Part shown: positions 25,801 to 39,159 of the stretch, one piece after another | How positions within the stretch are numbered: position 1 is the stretch's first letter | How the letters are laid out: the number at the start of each line of letters is the position of its first letter | Assembly: GCA_977017645.1 (NCBI GenBank) | Contig: OZ360220.1 | Span: 262,012,001-262,076,000 of the forward strand | Direction: 5' to 3' | From: Torpedo marmorata | Taxonomy: Eukaryota | DNA length: 64,000 nt | Notes under the pieces: generated by a model | What the model was told of the DNA's origin: nothing | Seen by the model: only the letters and a program-made list of their open reading frames with translations | Databases searched by the model: none | Program-made: the position numbers and the translations under genes

Positions 25801-27879
25801 ACCAATCATCAGAAATAAAAACAGGCTCACTATGCCAAATAATCTGTCATGTGTAATTAAGATGAAGTAAAATATAAAATAATGGTCCACCTAAAGTGTG
25901 AAATGAAGTTGAAAAAGTGCTGGCTGTGGCATGGACGAGGCAGATAAAATTACAGAAAAGTCCTATCTACTTCCTATTAATTGCTGTAATTTGCAAAAGT
26001 CAGTAAAGTATGCGGCCAGAGATGATGGAAGAGAGAAAGAGGAGGAGGCAGAGAATCCTGGAATGGGAAAGGGGGCAGAGACCTGAGAGTGGGAAAAAGC
26101 ATGGCCACAGACCCCGGGAACAGCAATGCTGCAGGAGAGGCAGTGCTGTGGGACTAGCAAACCGGACCACGCAACCCATTGCAAGAGATGCCTGATATTG
26201 CAGGATCCTCTGCATTCATAGTAACAAACCTCATTGTTGCAGCTTAGTCGGAAGCTAATGGTGAAGAAATTGCAGTTAATAATGTGGAGCAATATATTTT
26301 GTAATTGACAGCCATTAAAAAAATTACTTGTAGTTTTCATTTGCAGTCAATGAGCTGTAAATGGGGGATGAGGATGTGCTCATACTGTTTACAAATGACT
26401 GTCAAAAACTGCCCAAAAGAACGGTCATGTCTAAACATTCCCTTCCTCCTCCTCTGTCTCTCATGCCCACCCTACTCCACAACTGCTCAGTGGAATTAAA
26501 GCTTTCCCTTTGAGATGGCAAAGTCGGTTAAGGCAAATTAAATGTTGACATCTGTTTCTGCTGACTAATGCTGGACAGATTCACAGCACTCTGGGCATTG
26601 AAAATATTGTTTCAGCACTCTAATTATCTGTTTTATTGTGGTAGCAGAGCATTAATTAATAGAAAGCACTTTTGCTATACCATGCTGGGTCAAATATAGT
26701 TGGCATAGTGAACTGTCACAGATTGACCATGGATACTGGTAATTGGCAGGTGAAGTTTGCGCCTTTGGTTACACACCAATTGGAAATTGAAAAAGTAAAG
26801 TCCCTTTCAGCTCTGCTACAGCAGAGTTGACATGAATTTCTTCAATAATATACATGCAATCAATCCCACCCTGTACCATAAGGATACCTGAAATTCTAGC
26901 AAAACCACTTGCACCCTGTGTTTACTGGTCTCTGGTAAGAATAAATTAAATGTAGTTATTTCCAAGAGAGTACTGCTGACCTCCTTTACACATTATCAGA
27001 CTGTGAGATTTTGCAACTATCTCAAGTACAAACATGGCAGGAGCAAGATGCATGAAATCCTTTGTCCCTTTCATCTTGACGGTCAAGGGCAATGTGGCCA
27101 TGCATTGCTCCAAAGTCAAATTGTAAATGCAGCTCATGAAAGATTTTGTCAAGATGTCTATACTGAGCTATGCTCTTTGATCCTTGCTGAGATTCGGGTG
27201 AGACAACATTTCCCTGAACACAGAGGCAGATACAGACTGCTGCCAAAAGTTCTTTATGCACTATTTTGCACCCTCCCCCCTCCCCCCCCCCAACAATTTC
27301 CAGCATCTTGAACAGCTATCCATGCCAGTCCTTCTCCTAATTACATTGCAAATGCCTATTGTTGCATCAATGTCTGGGAGCGACTGATTTGTGCAGTCAG
27401 CGGTGTACTTCAGTGCTTGCCACACATTTACAGAGTTTCACAATTTGAAACTACCCTAGTAACACAATTACCTTGAACAATTGTAAAAACTGCAGCCAGA
27501 AGAAATCGACCACAAGCTAAGCAGGAAGTGGATGATAACCCTTATAAATAGAACTGGTGAGGTATGGAGTTTGCAGTGGAGAGGTAGAGGTAATCCCAGT
27601 TCCTAAACACATATTCAGTCTTGTTAGGCTGAGTTGAATGGCACTAGTTGTAGCTGGACTGACTTCAAATCACTGTAGTAAACTGATCAATGTCACAACC
27701 TGCTTGCACTGTACACTTAATGATGCACATCCTCATCACAATGTACCCGACGTGATTCACCACATATGTGTGCTGGGATTCCACTCTAAAAGGATTGCAA
27801 ATCAGCATCACCAATTTAATTTTGTCCCATCTGTTGTTTACACAATCAGTCTTTTACACAGTCTGTCTGTGGAATGTAC

Positions 27880-29200
27880 AATACATCACGGGAACAGATC
27901 CTTTGGCCCACCATGTCTGCACCGACCATGATGCCCATCTAAACTAATCCCATCTGCCTGCACATAGTCCGTACCCCTCTTGACCATGTCTGTTGAAATA
28001 CTTCTTAAACTTTGCTATCGTGCCTGCATCAAAAATCCCCCCGGGCAGCGCATTCCATGTACCCAGCACACTCTACATAAAAAACTTACCTTGCAAACCT
28101 TCTTTAAGCTTTTCCCTTCACCCTAAATTATACCCTCTGGTAATTGACATTTCAACCCTAGGAAAAAGGCATGTCATAATCTGATATACTTCTATCAGGT
28201 TGACTCTCAGAGTCTGACACTCCAGAGAAAACAATCCAATTTTGTCTAATCTTTCTTTATTGCTAATGCACTCCAATTCAGGCAATATCCTGTGGTATGG
28301 AGACACAAATTGCAAATGCTGGAATGTAGAGCAAAGGAACAAACTACTGGAAGGATTTAGCGGGTGAGGCCGTATCTGTGAGGCAAAGGGATGGTCGATG
28401 TTTCGGTTCCAGACCCTGCATCGGGACTGACAGTGTAGAGGGAAGATAGCCAGTAGATAGAAGTAAGCATGAGGGATGAGACAGCGGCTGGACAGTGATA
28501 AATGGAAATAGACAAGGAAAAAAATGAGCAATGGAGCTGGGTTTGGGAGGGTAAGGGGAAAGGTAGAGACAGAGGCTGGTACGTGAACTTCTTCTGCACC
28601 CTCTCTACATCTTTCTTATAGTGTGACAATCGGAACTGTACACAATGCTCCAAATGCGGCTTAACCAAAGTTTTATACACCTGCAACATGTCTTCCCAAA
28701 TTTTATATTTAATGCCCCAACCGATGAAGGCAACCAGGCCGTATGCCTTTCTTACGTCCCTAACCAATTATGCTACCACCTTCAGGGAGCTATGGACTTG
28801 TCCCTCAATTACCCTGTGACCATCAATCTCCTAAATGTCCTGCCATTTATTGTATACTCTCCTCTTGCATTTGACCTGCCAAAACACGGCATCTCTCACT
28901 TGTCCAGATTAAACTCCATTTGCCATTTCTCCGCCCAGATTTCCTCTTGCTGTATCCTTTGACAATCTTCCTCATTAGACACAATTCCACCAATGCTTGT
29001 GTGTTCTGCAAACTTAGTAATCAGACCACCTACATTTCAATCAAACTTACTTGTACATGTTACAAACAACAAAGGTCCCAGCACTGATCCTTATGGAGCA
29101 CTACCATCACAGACCTCCGATCAGAAAAGCACCCACACCTCACCCACCCCCACCCCCAACACCCACCACTACCCCCTGTTTTCTTTGACCAAGTCAATTT
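27880..29200 (-). mobile_element. Degraded CR1 3' fragment with nested Penelope-like fragment (~28295-28580)
   Basis: YKTLVKPHLEHCVQF and ERLDKIGLFSLE on either side of a terminal segment carrying CCCGATGCAGGGTCTGGAACCGAAACATC on the minus strand. Confidence 0.75.
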
Positions 29201-29464
29201 TGAAATATTGTTTGGATGTGGATTGGATTTTGGATTGTTGTTTATAAATAATAAGAGATTTGTACATTTATTGCCACGTTATTATATTTCGGTAGTGTCA
29301 ACATCATCTACATAACTATTAGTCTAATGAGTTTGGATTCATTCATAAGATGGAACGTTTATCAGAAGAAAAGTCAGAGAGCCATATAGTACGGAAACAA
29401 TCCATTTGACCAGCCAAGACCATCCCACTGATCATTACAAAGCTTCCAGATTCCCATAAACTTT

Positions 29465-29720
29465 TAAATTTAAATTTTAAATTTAGATATACAGCACAGT
29501 AACAGGTCATTATGGCCCACGAGCCCGTGCCGCCCAATTACACCCAATTGACCTGCAATCCTGTACATTTTCAAGGGTGGGAGGAAACCGGAGCACCTGG
29601 AAAAACCCACATAGACACGGGGAGAACATACAAACTCCTTACAGTCAGCATCAGATTCGAACCTGGGTCGTTAGTGCTGTAAAAGCATTGCGCTAACCGC
29701 TACGCTAACAGTGCCGCCCC
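29465..29720 (-). mobile_element. tRNA-derived V-SINE (HE1-like)
   Basis: Head GGGGCGGCACTGTTAGCGTAGCGGTTAGC, B-box GGTTCGAAT, V-domain GCTCCGGTTTCCTCCCAC, AT-rich tail. Confidence 0.88.
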
Positions 29721-29759
29721 AAAGTGCATCTTTATTTAATCCAGCACATTTGCACTTAC

Positions 29760-29891
29760 CTTCGTTGCGTTTTCTCTTGTTAGTCTCATTATTAGATGGT
29801 GTGATTCCCAGAATCCCACTGATGGAATAGGAAGATCCCGCTGGATCTGTGGCAGCAGAAGGAATTGGAGTCACTGGCACAGTGCTTGGTG
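29760..29891 (-). CDS. pax5: Pax5 exon 5 (octapeptide + basic NLS-like segment), 132 nt
   Basis: cag|CACCAAGC...GAAG|gtaagt; (A)[43 protein letters not shown]; YSISGILG is the Pax5-type octapeptide; phase 1/1 fits exon 4. Confidence 0.96.
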
Positions 29892-29954
29892 CTGTGGGTA
29901 TTAAGGACAACCAGGATTAGTTCGTTTGGAAGTATTGTAAACTAAGATGACCAA

Positions 29955-31120
29955 AAGACTATAAGACGGGGAGCAGAATTTGCCATTCAGCCGATAAAGC
30001 CCGCTCCCCCATTCGATTGATGGCTGATGTATTTTTCTCTTTCACCCCCATTCTCTTGCCGTCTCCCTCTGACCTTTGACACCTTTACTAATCAAGAATC
30101 TATCAACCTCCACTTTAAATATACCCAAAGGCAGCCTTCACAACCGTCCGTGGCAACGAATTCCACAGATTCACCACCCTCTGGCAATAGAAATTCCTTC
30201 TCACCTCGGTTCTAAAAGGACGTCCTTTTATTTTAGGTGGTGCCCTCTGGTCCTAGTCTCTCCCCTTGCTGGAAACATTCACTCTACGTCCACTCTATCT
30301 AGGCCTTCCAGTATTCAGTAGATTTTTTAATATAAAGTTTAAATTTAAAATTTTTTATTTATTTAGACATACAGCACGGTAACAGGCCAATTCAGCCCAC
30401 GGGTCCGTGCCGCCCAATTTACACCCAATTAACCTACACCCTCGGTACGTTTCGAACGGTGGGAGGAAACCAGAGCCCCTGGGGAAAACCCTCGCAGACA
30501 TGGGGAGAACGTACCAACTCCTTACAGATAGCACAGGATTCGAACCCCGGTCCCAATCGTTGGCACTGTAACAGCGTTGCGCTAACTACTATGCTAACTG
30601 TGCAGTTTTGATGAAATCCTCCCTCATCTAAACTCCAATGAGTACAGGCCCAGAGCCATGAAACACTCCTCAAACATTAACCTATCATCATTGGGATCAT
30701 TCTCATAAACCTCCTCTGGAGCCTTTCCAATGCCCAAGCACACCCTTCCTTAGATATGGGCCCAAAATGTCATCCTGATGTAAAACTGTGGGAAGTCATA
30801 GAGTTATACAGCATGGAAACAGACCCTTGGGCCCAACTTGCCCATGCTGACCAAAATGTTCCACCCACACTAGTCCCACCTACCTGAATTTGGTCCATAT
30901 CCTTCTAAACCTTGCCTATCCATGTATCTGTCCAAATGTTTCTTAAACATTGCAATACCTCTTGACTTAACTACCTCCTCTGACAGCCCATTCCATACAC
31001 TCTCAACCCTCTGTGTAAAAAGATTACTCCTCAGATTCCCATTAAATCTCTTCCCCCTTACCTTGAACCTCTGGTTACCGATTCCCCTACTCTGGGCAAA
31101 AGACTGTACATTCACCCGAT
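29955..31120 (-). mobile_element. Cluster of CR1 3' fragments
   Basis: CR1 C-terminal peptide FKVRGKRF...FTQRVESVWNGL...GYGP and CR1 3'UTR sequences; interrupted by a V-SINE. Confidence 0.8.
30338..30603 (-). mobile_element. tRNA-derived V-SINE, second copy, nested in a CR1 fragment
   Basis: Colinear with 29465-29720; GGTTCGAATCC B-box and GGTTTCCTCCCAC. Confidence 0.88.
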
Positions 31121-32233
31121 CAGGGACAGGATGGGAGGTGGGATTATGAGGGCAAGGAAGAGAAAGAAGTGAAGGTAGGAGAGTGAGAGGAGTCAATTGG
31201 ACCTGTCATTGCTGACTTCCCAACAAGGATCGAGTTTCGAGCAGAAGGACCACACAAATCAATTTGTCACGCTTGGCATAATTAATTCCTGACTCAGATT
31301 GTGAATGTTCAACATTAGGGAGAGAAGAAGTAATTCTAACTTGCAGCCACATGGGCAATTTCAATTCTCATAGGTAATTTCAATTCTGTCCATTTTTATT
31401 TTGGTTAACAGTATATAATCAAACAAGTCGATTGGGATATTCTGTCATATTAAGGATGCTATATACATGGAAGATAGTGTTGTAAAATGTATTTTTTAAT
31501 TTCTAAATAAACTGAATTCACAATAAAAATATTTCTACGGTGCGTTTCGCATTTGTAGTGTCTTATTCATAGGTTTGAAAATATCTACCCTTCCTTACAT
31601 ACTCAGCCTTTAATAAGGAGAAATGTGTCTCTTCCAGGCTCATAGCCAAAGGTTATGAATGACTCTTAACATTTGTGATCAGTTCACTGGCCCATGCATT
31701 TCGAGCATCTCTTTTCATGTCAATGATGCAGCAAACAGACCACCCACAGGAGCAGACCTGAAAGTCAAAACATTAACAAAGTGTCTCCACGGACTCCCTA
31801 TATATATTTTAGTGCCAAAGTCTGCAGCTATTTGACTTTTGTCCACATATCTCTATTTGGTCGCTACAATAGTATTTACATTCGGTTGTCTCATTTACCT
31901 GAACACAAATCCCAGCATAGTCAAAACCATGTAAGAGAAACCTGTAGCCATTTGACCCATGAATATTGGAAGTCTCTGGGCATTGGTTGAACCCATCACA
32001 AGCCAGTGGGTATTGATAGACTGCATTTATTAGAACCCTGTGGATATTAGTTCATCAAACCTAAAAGAAGCCTTTGGATGTTAACCCACCGAACCCCTAA
32101 GAATCATATGGAACTCCTGAGAATCTATTAACAGGAACAAAATATGCATACTAAACTGCCCCAAGTCACTGACCTAGTGTGATGTAATCTGTACACAAAT
32201 CTGAAGCTTAGTATCTAAGATGACACATAAAAA

Positions 32234-33054
32234 GTAAAAACACAATGTTGCAGAAACTCAGCAGGTCAAACAGTGTCCTTTATATAGCAAAGATAAAAAT
32301 ACATAACCAACGTTTCGGGCTTGAGCCCTTCATCAAGGTATGGAAAAATTGTCGGCAGGTGTCTGAACAAAAAAGGTAAGGGGGTAGGGGTGGCGGGAGG
32401 AGCCAAATCCCAAAGGCAGGAGGTTAATAGGTGGAGAAGGGAGGGAGGGCACAGCAGCAAGCAGGGGGAGGAGGGGTGGCTAGGTGAATAGGGAGGGAAG
32501 GGGGTGGAGAGCTGACAGGGGGAAGGGAAGGGGAAAGGAGAGTAGGTTAGCGGAAACCGGAAAGGTCTATGTTAATGCAATCCGGCTAGAGAGTGCAAGT
32601 CAGAAAATCAGGTATTGTTCCTCCAATTTACAGCACTGGTGCTCCATTTGTGGCCTTCTCTACATTGGAGAGATTGGGCGCAGATTGGGAGATCGCTTCG
32701 CTGAGCACCGTCAGTGACTGGGACCTCCCAGTTGCCAAACGTTTCAGTTCTGCATCCCACTCCCATACTCACATGTCTGCCAATGGCCTTGTACTATCCC
32801 ACCAAGATCACCTGTAAATTGGAGGAACAACACCTGCCTTTGAGACCATGCTCCTCCCTCCACCCCTCCTGCCTTTACCTTTTTGTTTGGACGACTGCCA
32901 ACATTTTTACATACCTTGATGAAGGGCTCAAGCTCAAAACATTAGTTATGTATCTTTATCTTTGCTATATAAATACACTGTTTGACCTGCTGAGTTTCTC
33001 CAGCATTGTGTTTTTACTTCAACCACGATGTCTGCAGACTTTTGTGTTTTACTT
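32234..33054 (+). mobile_element. Penelope-like element, internally deleted, with inverted terminal segments
   Basis: GIY-YIG-type peptide CSICGLLYIGEIGRRLGDRFAEH; inverted ends; 14-bp TSD ATGACACATAAAAA; hammerhead-like TTGATGAAGGGCTCAAGCCCGAAACG. Confidence 0.88.
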
Positions 33055-34314
33055 ATGACACATAAAAAATAGATCTACTGAGAATACTACACCTGAGGTA
33101 CTGCACCCCAGCATGAGCCATTGCATATGAATATCCTAACCAGGACAAGAAAGAATGAGCTTTCATTCACCCTTACTAATGGAGCTATGATGCAAAGAGA
33201 AAAGTTCATTAATGAAATCTTTGCTGCTTTCAAACGCATGGTGGCCAAAATCCTCAGATTAGCAAGACAGTCAGTTGGAGCATTGTAATCATTTGCCGAC
33301 CTGAGCCGTAGATCATAAACATACACAAACACTGAGGGTAATGCATAAAACAATTTAAAGAAAAAGTTCAATTTTGGTTGAAACTTAAATCACATGCAAA
33401 TTGCAAAGGCAAAAATCAGCATTGAAAGAGAAACTGAGAAAGGGGAATTAACAGAAAAGAATAAAGCTTTCATAACTACTTAGTGATTAATGATGTAGAA
33501 AATGTAATATAGTCTCTTTTATGGGTGTACTACTTTAATTACATCATATTCTATGGCCATTCTATTGCAACTTTAAATTTTAGATTTCAATTTTGTATTA
33601 CAATGTGAAATCTTTTTATCGAAATAATCGTCAGACTTCAAAAATCAAGTTATATCAGTGAGTTGCTTAGAAACACTGAGGCAGTGGGGAGATGAAGCAT
33701 TTTGATTGTTGGACAGAAAAAAACCCCAACAGTAATAACAATCAGATTACATTATAGTTATCGCCCAGGTGAGTGGTAACTAATTTGAGGTTAATCTTCT
33801 ATCCTGTTTGAGTTTAGCTATAAACTAATCAAGAATGAATATAATAGAGGCCTGATATATATTCATATAAAAGCATAGCATGCCCAGGAACAGGAGATGA
33901 GTTTATCCAAATTATTTCATGCTCTCTTTGTTCAGCAAGTATATTAAAAGATGTGGCACTTTGATATTTGGACAGAGTTAAAGTTGTCAACTCTAGAAAG
34001 GAATGAAAGTAATATTTTACATGTGGGGTAAAATAATTATGATTCAATGTAAATTCTCAATTCTCAATCATACAAATATTGAAGAGAATCAGATGCTAAA
34101 TTTAGTTCACCAGGAATCGATTATATACATTATAATACTGATAAATTGAACAAACACAACAAAATCTATTACATGCACAACAAATGCATTTTTGAGGATT
34201 CAGTCTGCAGGTCTACTCACAGTTTTCCCAGATAAACTATTAACCCTTAAGAACCAGCTTAACTCTTGTGTGAAGAGTGGGCACTCTCCCACAAACCCTA
34301 TCCAGTGTATGATA

Positions 34315-34560
34315 CGTAACAGCACCAATAGCCTGAATACGACTGGGATTGTCAGAGCTCGGAAGCTAAGCAGGCATAGGACTGGTCAGTACTTGGAGGG
34401 GAGACCGCCAAGGAACACCAGGTGCTGTAGGTTTCTGTGAGGGGCGCTGGACAAAGTAGCGACTCTCTGTCTGCCTTACAGTAGACAAAAATTAAAGAAT
34501 TTCATGTATGTTACATTCTAAATGTAGTATTACGTGACAATAATGGAACCTTTACCTTTA
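34315..34560 (+). mobile_element. 5S rRNA-derived SINE, copy 2
   Basis: AGCCTGAATACG...CTCGGAAGCTAAGCAGG...AGTACTTGGAGGGGAGACCGCC..GGAACACCAGGTGCTGTAGG with the same body and tail as copy 1. Confidence 0.9.
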
Positions 34561-34714
34561 ATGAGGAAGGGCAGAAATATGGATAAGAGCTGTAGGGCTA
34601 CAGGTTGGGAAATCAGAAATAACTGTACAGGAAGGGACTGACAGAGAGAGAGCAAGAAATAAATCAGATTAGCTGTTGTGATGCAGTTATTCCTCAAGTT
34701 CCTCAAGGCTTGGT

Positions 34715-35662
34715 ATGACAACAACACCATCTACAAATTCGCTGATGATACCACAGTAGTGGGTTGTTTCAAAAGGGGTGATGAGTCAGCATACAGGAGG
34801 GAGATTGAAAACTTGGCTGAATGGTGCACCAACAATAACCTCGCACTCAATGTCACCAAAACTAAGGAGCTGATTGTTGACTTCAGGAAGGGAAAACCAG
34901 ATGTGTACGATCATTGGGGGATCAGAGGTAGAGAGGGTGAGCAAATTTATGTTCTTGGGTGTCACTATCTCGGAGTATCTTTCCTGGACCCAACACACAA
35001 ATGGCATCATAAAGAAAGCACGTCAGCGCCTCTGCTTCCTCAGGAGTTTGCAGAGGTTTGGTATAACATCGGAAACCCTGGTAAATTTCTACAGATGTGT
35101 GGTGAAAAGTGTGCTGACCGGCTGCATCACGATTTGATATGGGAACACCAATAGCCCCAAGTGTAAAGCCCTCCAAAAGGTAGTGGACACAGCCCAGGAC
35201 ATCACAGGCAAACCCCTCCCCACCATCGAGAACATCTGCAGGGAACGCTGCCGTAGGAGAGCAGCAGCAATCATCAAGGATCCACACCACCCAGCACACG
35301 CTCTGTTCTCACTGCTACTATCAGGAAAGAGGTATAGGTGCCACAAGACTCGCATCACCAGGTTCAGGAACAGCTGCTACCCCTCCACCATCAGACTCCT
35401 CAACAACAAACTCAATCAGGGACTCATTTAAGGACTCTTACTTTTGCATTTTATTGTTTTGTTTTTTTTCTCCTCTCTGTATTGCACAGTCAGTTGTTTA
35501 CATTTGTTTATTTGTTTCCATGTGTACATTGTGTACAGTTTATTTTTGCACTGCCAATAAGTGCTAATTCTGCCTGGCCCGCAGGAAAAAGAATCTCAGG
35601 GTTGTATGTGATGTCATGTATGTACTCTGACAATAAATCTGAAAAATAAATCTAAATCTAAA
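34715..35662 (+). mobile_element. Rex1/Babar-type LINE, 5'-truncated
   Basis: IYKFADDTTVVG, LNVTKTKELIVDFRK, IIKDPHHPAHALFSLL; ends GACAATAAATCTG...(AAATCT)n. Confidence 0.92.
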
Positions 35663-35739
35663 TGCCAGTTCTTCAAGATGTTTAACAATGTACAGTATCT
35701 CTTACACAAGTAAAACTAAAGTTTAGCAATGACTCTTAC

Positions 35740-35804
35740 CTATAGTATGGGATGAGACTGGCGATTGTTGATTTGGAGGCTGCTGCACCTTTGTTCGAAT
35801 AATC
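35740..35804 (-). CDS. pax5: Pax5 exon 4, 65 nt
   Basis: ttcag|GATTATTCGA...ATAG|gtaaga; IIRTKVQQPPNQQSPVSSHTI; same length as mammalian exon 4. Confidence 0.95.
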
Positions 35805-36329
35805 CTGAAAAAAAAGTAAAATTAAAAAGGTGTTTTCACCCTAAATCATGTGACAGCCAAGGCAAATGGAGCGCATCTGATCTTAGGCTCCTAACCTCAC
35901 TACCATTGAGTTAAACTGCAGAGGATGTGCAAGGGTAATTAACCACAAGGAGAAATCTTTCATATTGTCATGGTGACTAAAATGTGTCAATATAAGGGCA
36001 TTTTTTCAAATGTAATCGCTATCGTAATGTAAGCAAATCCAGAAGCCATTTTTCACACTTAATGAGTTCACAAACAAAATATGGATTGAATGACCAGGTT
36101 ATTGTTTGCTGCAGTTTTAAAATAGCAATTTTGGCCAGGTAACAAGTTCTTCACAAAAAGGAACAAGGACTTTTTACGTTCATTTCACAAGAGGCAGATC
36201 AATTTTGCTTGTCTCATCAAATGCACTGAAATATAACCTGAGATTATGTTGCAAAAATTCTGATAGGCCAGAAGATCGAGAGAATTATAAGAAATTAGCA
36301 AAAGTTAATTAAAAATGTTATAAAGATGG

Positions 36330-38230
36330 AGAAAATGAAAGAAGAGAAACAAAATTGCAAGAGGTTCAGCAAGTATTTAAAAAGGATAAACAAGCAAAGG
36401 TAAAATTGGACCCTTAGGCAATGAGATGGATGAATTCATGATGGGAGATGGGAAGTATCATTTAAATAAATATCAGGATAAATGATGAAAAAAAAGGCCA
36501 AAATTTTTTTTTAAATCATAAGCAGAAGGAAATTAAGAAATTGAAAGATCATCATCATTAAAGACAATTTATTAAACAAACTAACAGGTCTAAAGCCTAA
36601 CAAACGCCAGGGACCTGAATACTAATGGAAATGACCATAGATGTTGTGGATGCATTGGCTATGACCTCATAAATTCCCTAGATTAGGAAACGTCCCATCT
36701 GAAATTTAATAACTATCCAAGAATGGAGAGAGAGAGAAAAAATAGGAAATTTCAAGCTTATCAACTACCATTGAAAAAATGCTAAATCTTTTATTAGCAA
36801 ACAAGTAACCATATACTCTGGAAATTATGTGATCAGACACAGAAAGCATGACTTTATCAAAGAGAAATTGGGTTGGACAATTTTGATTGAGTTTATCGCA
36901 GATGTCACTGTCAGGATGGACATTGGAGAACCAGTGGATGTAGCATACTTAGATTTCCAAAAATCATTCATTAAGGTACTGGTTGAGATAAGGGTATTAA
37001 TAGTAAAACATTGGTGAGGAGAGAGATAAGTTGACTGACAGAGAGCAAAGAGGAAGGATGCTATTCATTTTCAGGTTGGCAATTTACCACAGGGGTGCCA
37101 TGAGTAATTTTGCTGGACTCTTGTCTATTTACAATTTATTTTAAAGAATGGACAAAAATATCTGGATATATTGTATCAAAATTTGCTGATGTTTGAAAGA
37201 TGGATCAAAAATAAACTGTGAAAAGGATACTGAGAGTTTGCAAAGAGCAAACGGGCAGCACAGTGGTGCAGCTAGTAAAGTCCCACAGCTCCAGTGACCC
37301 ATGTTCCATCATAACCTCAGATGTCGTCTGTGCAGTTTGCACATTCTCCTTGTGACTACATAAGTTTGCTTTTGTACTCTGGTTTCTTCCCAAACCCCAA
37401 AGTTTTGTGGGGCAATAGTTTAGATGGTCACTAGAAATTGTCTTTAGCCGTAGGTGACTGGTCTTGGGGAGAGTTGATGGGAATATGGGGAGAATAAACT
37501 GGGATTAGTGTAAATGGATGTTTGATAGCCAGTGCAGTTCGAAACGTACCGGGGGTGTAGGTTAATTGGGTGTAAATTGGGCGGCACGGACTCGTGTGCC
37601 GAAATGGCCTGTTACCGTGCTGTATGTCTAAATTAAATTAAATTAATTTTTTAAAAATCTAGTGGGCTGAAAGACTTGTTTCTATACTTAATGATTCTAT
37701 GACTCTGTGAAAGCTAAAGCAAAAGAAAGAGTATTTTAAGTAATATTATATTGGAATACTGGTGCTCATTGAGACTTGATTTTCTAATTCAAAGGGCAAA
37801 CAGAAATGTTTTTGTAAAGAAGATCCAATAAGTAGATAGGAGGGTTCTGCTTCAGCTGAACAGGATTTAATGGGACTGCACCTAAAATACTGCATAAGCA
37901 AGACCGTGCTGGTTGTAAAGGTTCATTAGATTGTTTCCACATAAAGAGGAGATTATGAGGAAAAATTAATTAAATTGGGCTGACTCTCTGGAATTCAAAC
38001 CAATGGAAGTGGATCTTATTGAAAGAAACAAGATTCTGAAGGGGCTTCACCATGTAGATATATGAAGAATGATTCTTCTGCTGGGAGAATAAACACATGG
38101 ATACATTTTTTAAACATTAGAGAAATCAAGCATTGTTGGAGGCCAAAATCAACTGGGTCATTATCTTATTGAACCATGGAACATGCATGAGAAATCGTAG
38201 AGCCCACTCCTGCTCCTATTTCTAAAATTT
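36330..38230 (+). mobile_element. Old, heavily degraded CR1 ORF2 with nested SINEs
   Basis: GEPVDVAYLDFQKSF, AAATTTGCTGATG (KFAD), 3'UTR-like CCCACTCCTGCTCCTATTTCT. Confidence 0.7.
37253..37650 (+). mobile_element. HE1-like SINE followed by the 3' half of the V-SINE family
   Basis: GGGCAGCACAGTGGTGCAGCTAGT head, GGTTTCTTCCC; 37538-37650 matches the reverse complement of the 30360-30455 SINE tail. Confidence 0.75.
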
Positions 38231-38424
38231 TAATGCATTCAAATATTGGTGAATGATTCAGAAGCCAATAAACAGCTCTAGAAGCAACTGTACTACCACT
38301 GATTCTCGGTTCTAACCCTCGATGTAGACTTTGTAACATTATTTCATGAGTGTTTCTTCAGATAGGGGACTGAATATATAAAAATGAATCCTAATAGTGC
38401 AACACTTTGATCACTAAAGCATTG

Positions 38425-38682
38425 ATGATGAGGAATTACTTTAGCCAGAGGGTCGTGGATTTGTGGAATTCGTTGCCACATACAGCTGTGGAGGCCCGAT
38501 CATTGGGGGATTTTAAGGAGGAGATTGATAGGTATCCGATTGGTCAGGGTATCAAGAGATATGGGGAAAAGGCCGGAAATGGGAATTAGATGTGAGAACA
38601 GTTTAGCTCAGGGTGGAGTTGCGGAGCAGACTTGATGGGCCGAATGTCCTACTTCTGTTCCTTTATCTTGTGATCTCTGTGG
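38425..38682 (+). mobile_element. CR1 3' end fragment
   Basis: MRNYFSQRVVDLWNSLP...EIDRY; TCTTGTGA tail of the same family as 21531. Confidence 0.85.
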
Positions 38683-39159
38683 TATACTCCTTTTATATAC
38701 AAAATCTTGCCTAGACAATTCCCACAGCGCCTTCCAAATCTGCAGACTCCAACACCAAAGAAGAAAAGGACAGCAGGAGCATGGGGACACCAGCATCTGT
38801 AGGTTCTCCTCCAAGTCTCAGAATGTCCTGACTTGAAATATATTGCTAGTCCTTCATTGATGCTGGGTCTAAATCCTGTAACTCTCTCTCTCTATAGCTT
38901 TGTGGGGGCACCTTCATCACAAGGAATGCAGTGTTTCAAGATTGCAGCTCACCACCTTTTAAAAAGGGATGCAATTTGATGTTACTTTTCTTTAATAATA
39001 AAAGATTCATTACAATTTGATGTGCAGACAAGATTTATAATCAGCGCATCACAAAGCGTGCCCTATTAATGCTGCTAAATAATGTAGCTCTTGTTCTATT
39101 TATCAAAATTAAATCAGAGATACCAGTGTTACAAGAAAGTGTTTCACTGGTGAAGCTAC

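Noticed and set aside
1-29759. Pax5 exon 6 (partial homeodomain)
   Set aside because: No matching peptide found by eye in the unique segments; probably left of the window, though a diverged exon could have been missed
34315-34435. Functional 5S rRNA gene
   Set aside because: Diverged 5' end, not in a tandem array, and fused to a body and tail shared with another dispersed copy
38700-38970. Possible old LINE 3' fragment
   Set aside because: Resembles a remembered elasmobranch repeat but is too degraded to classify without a database search
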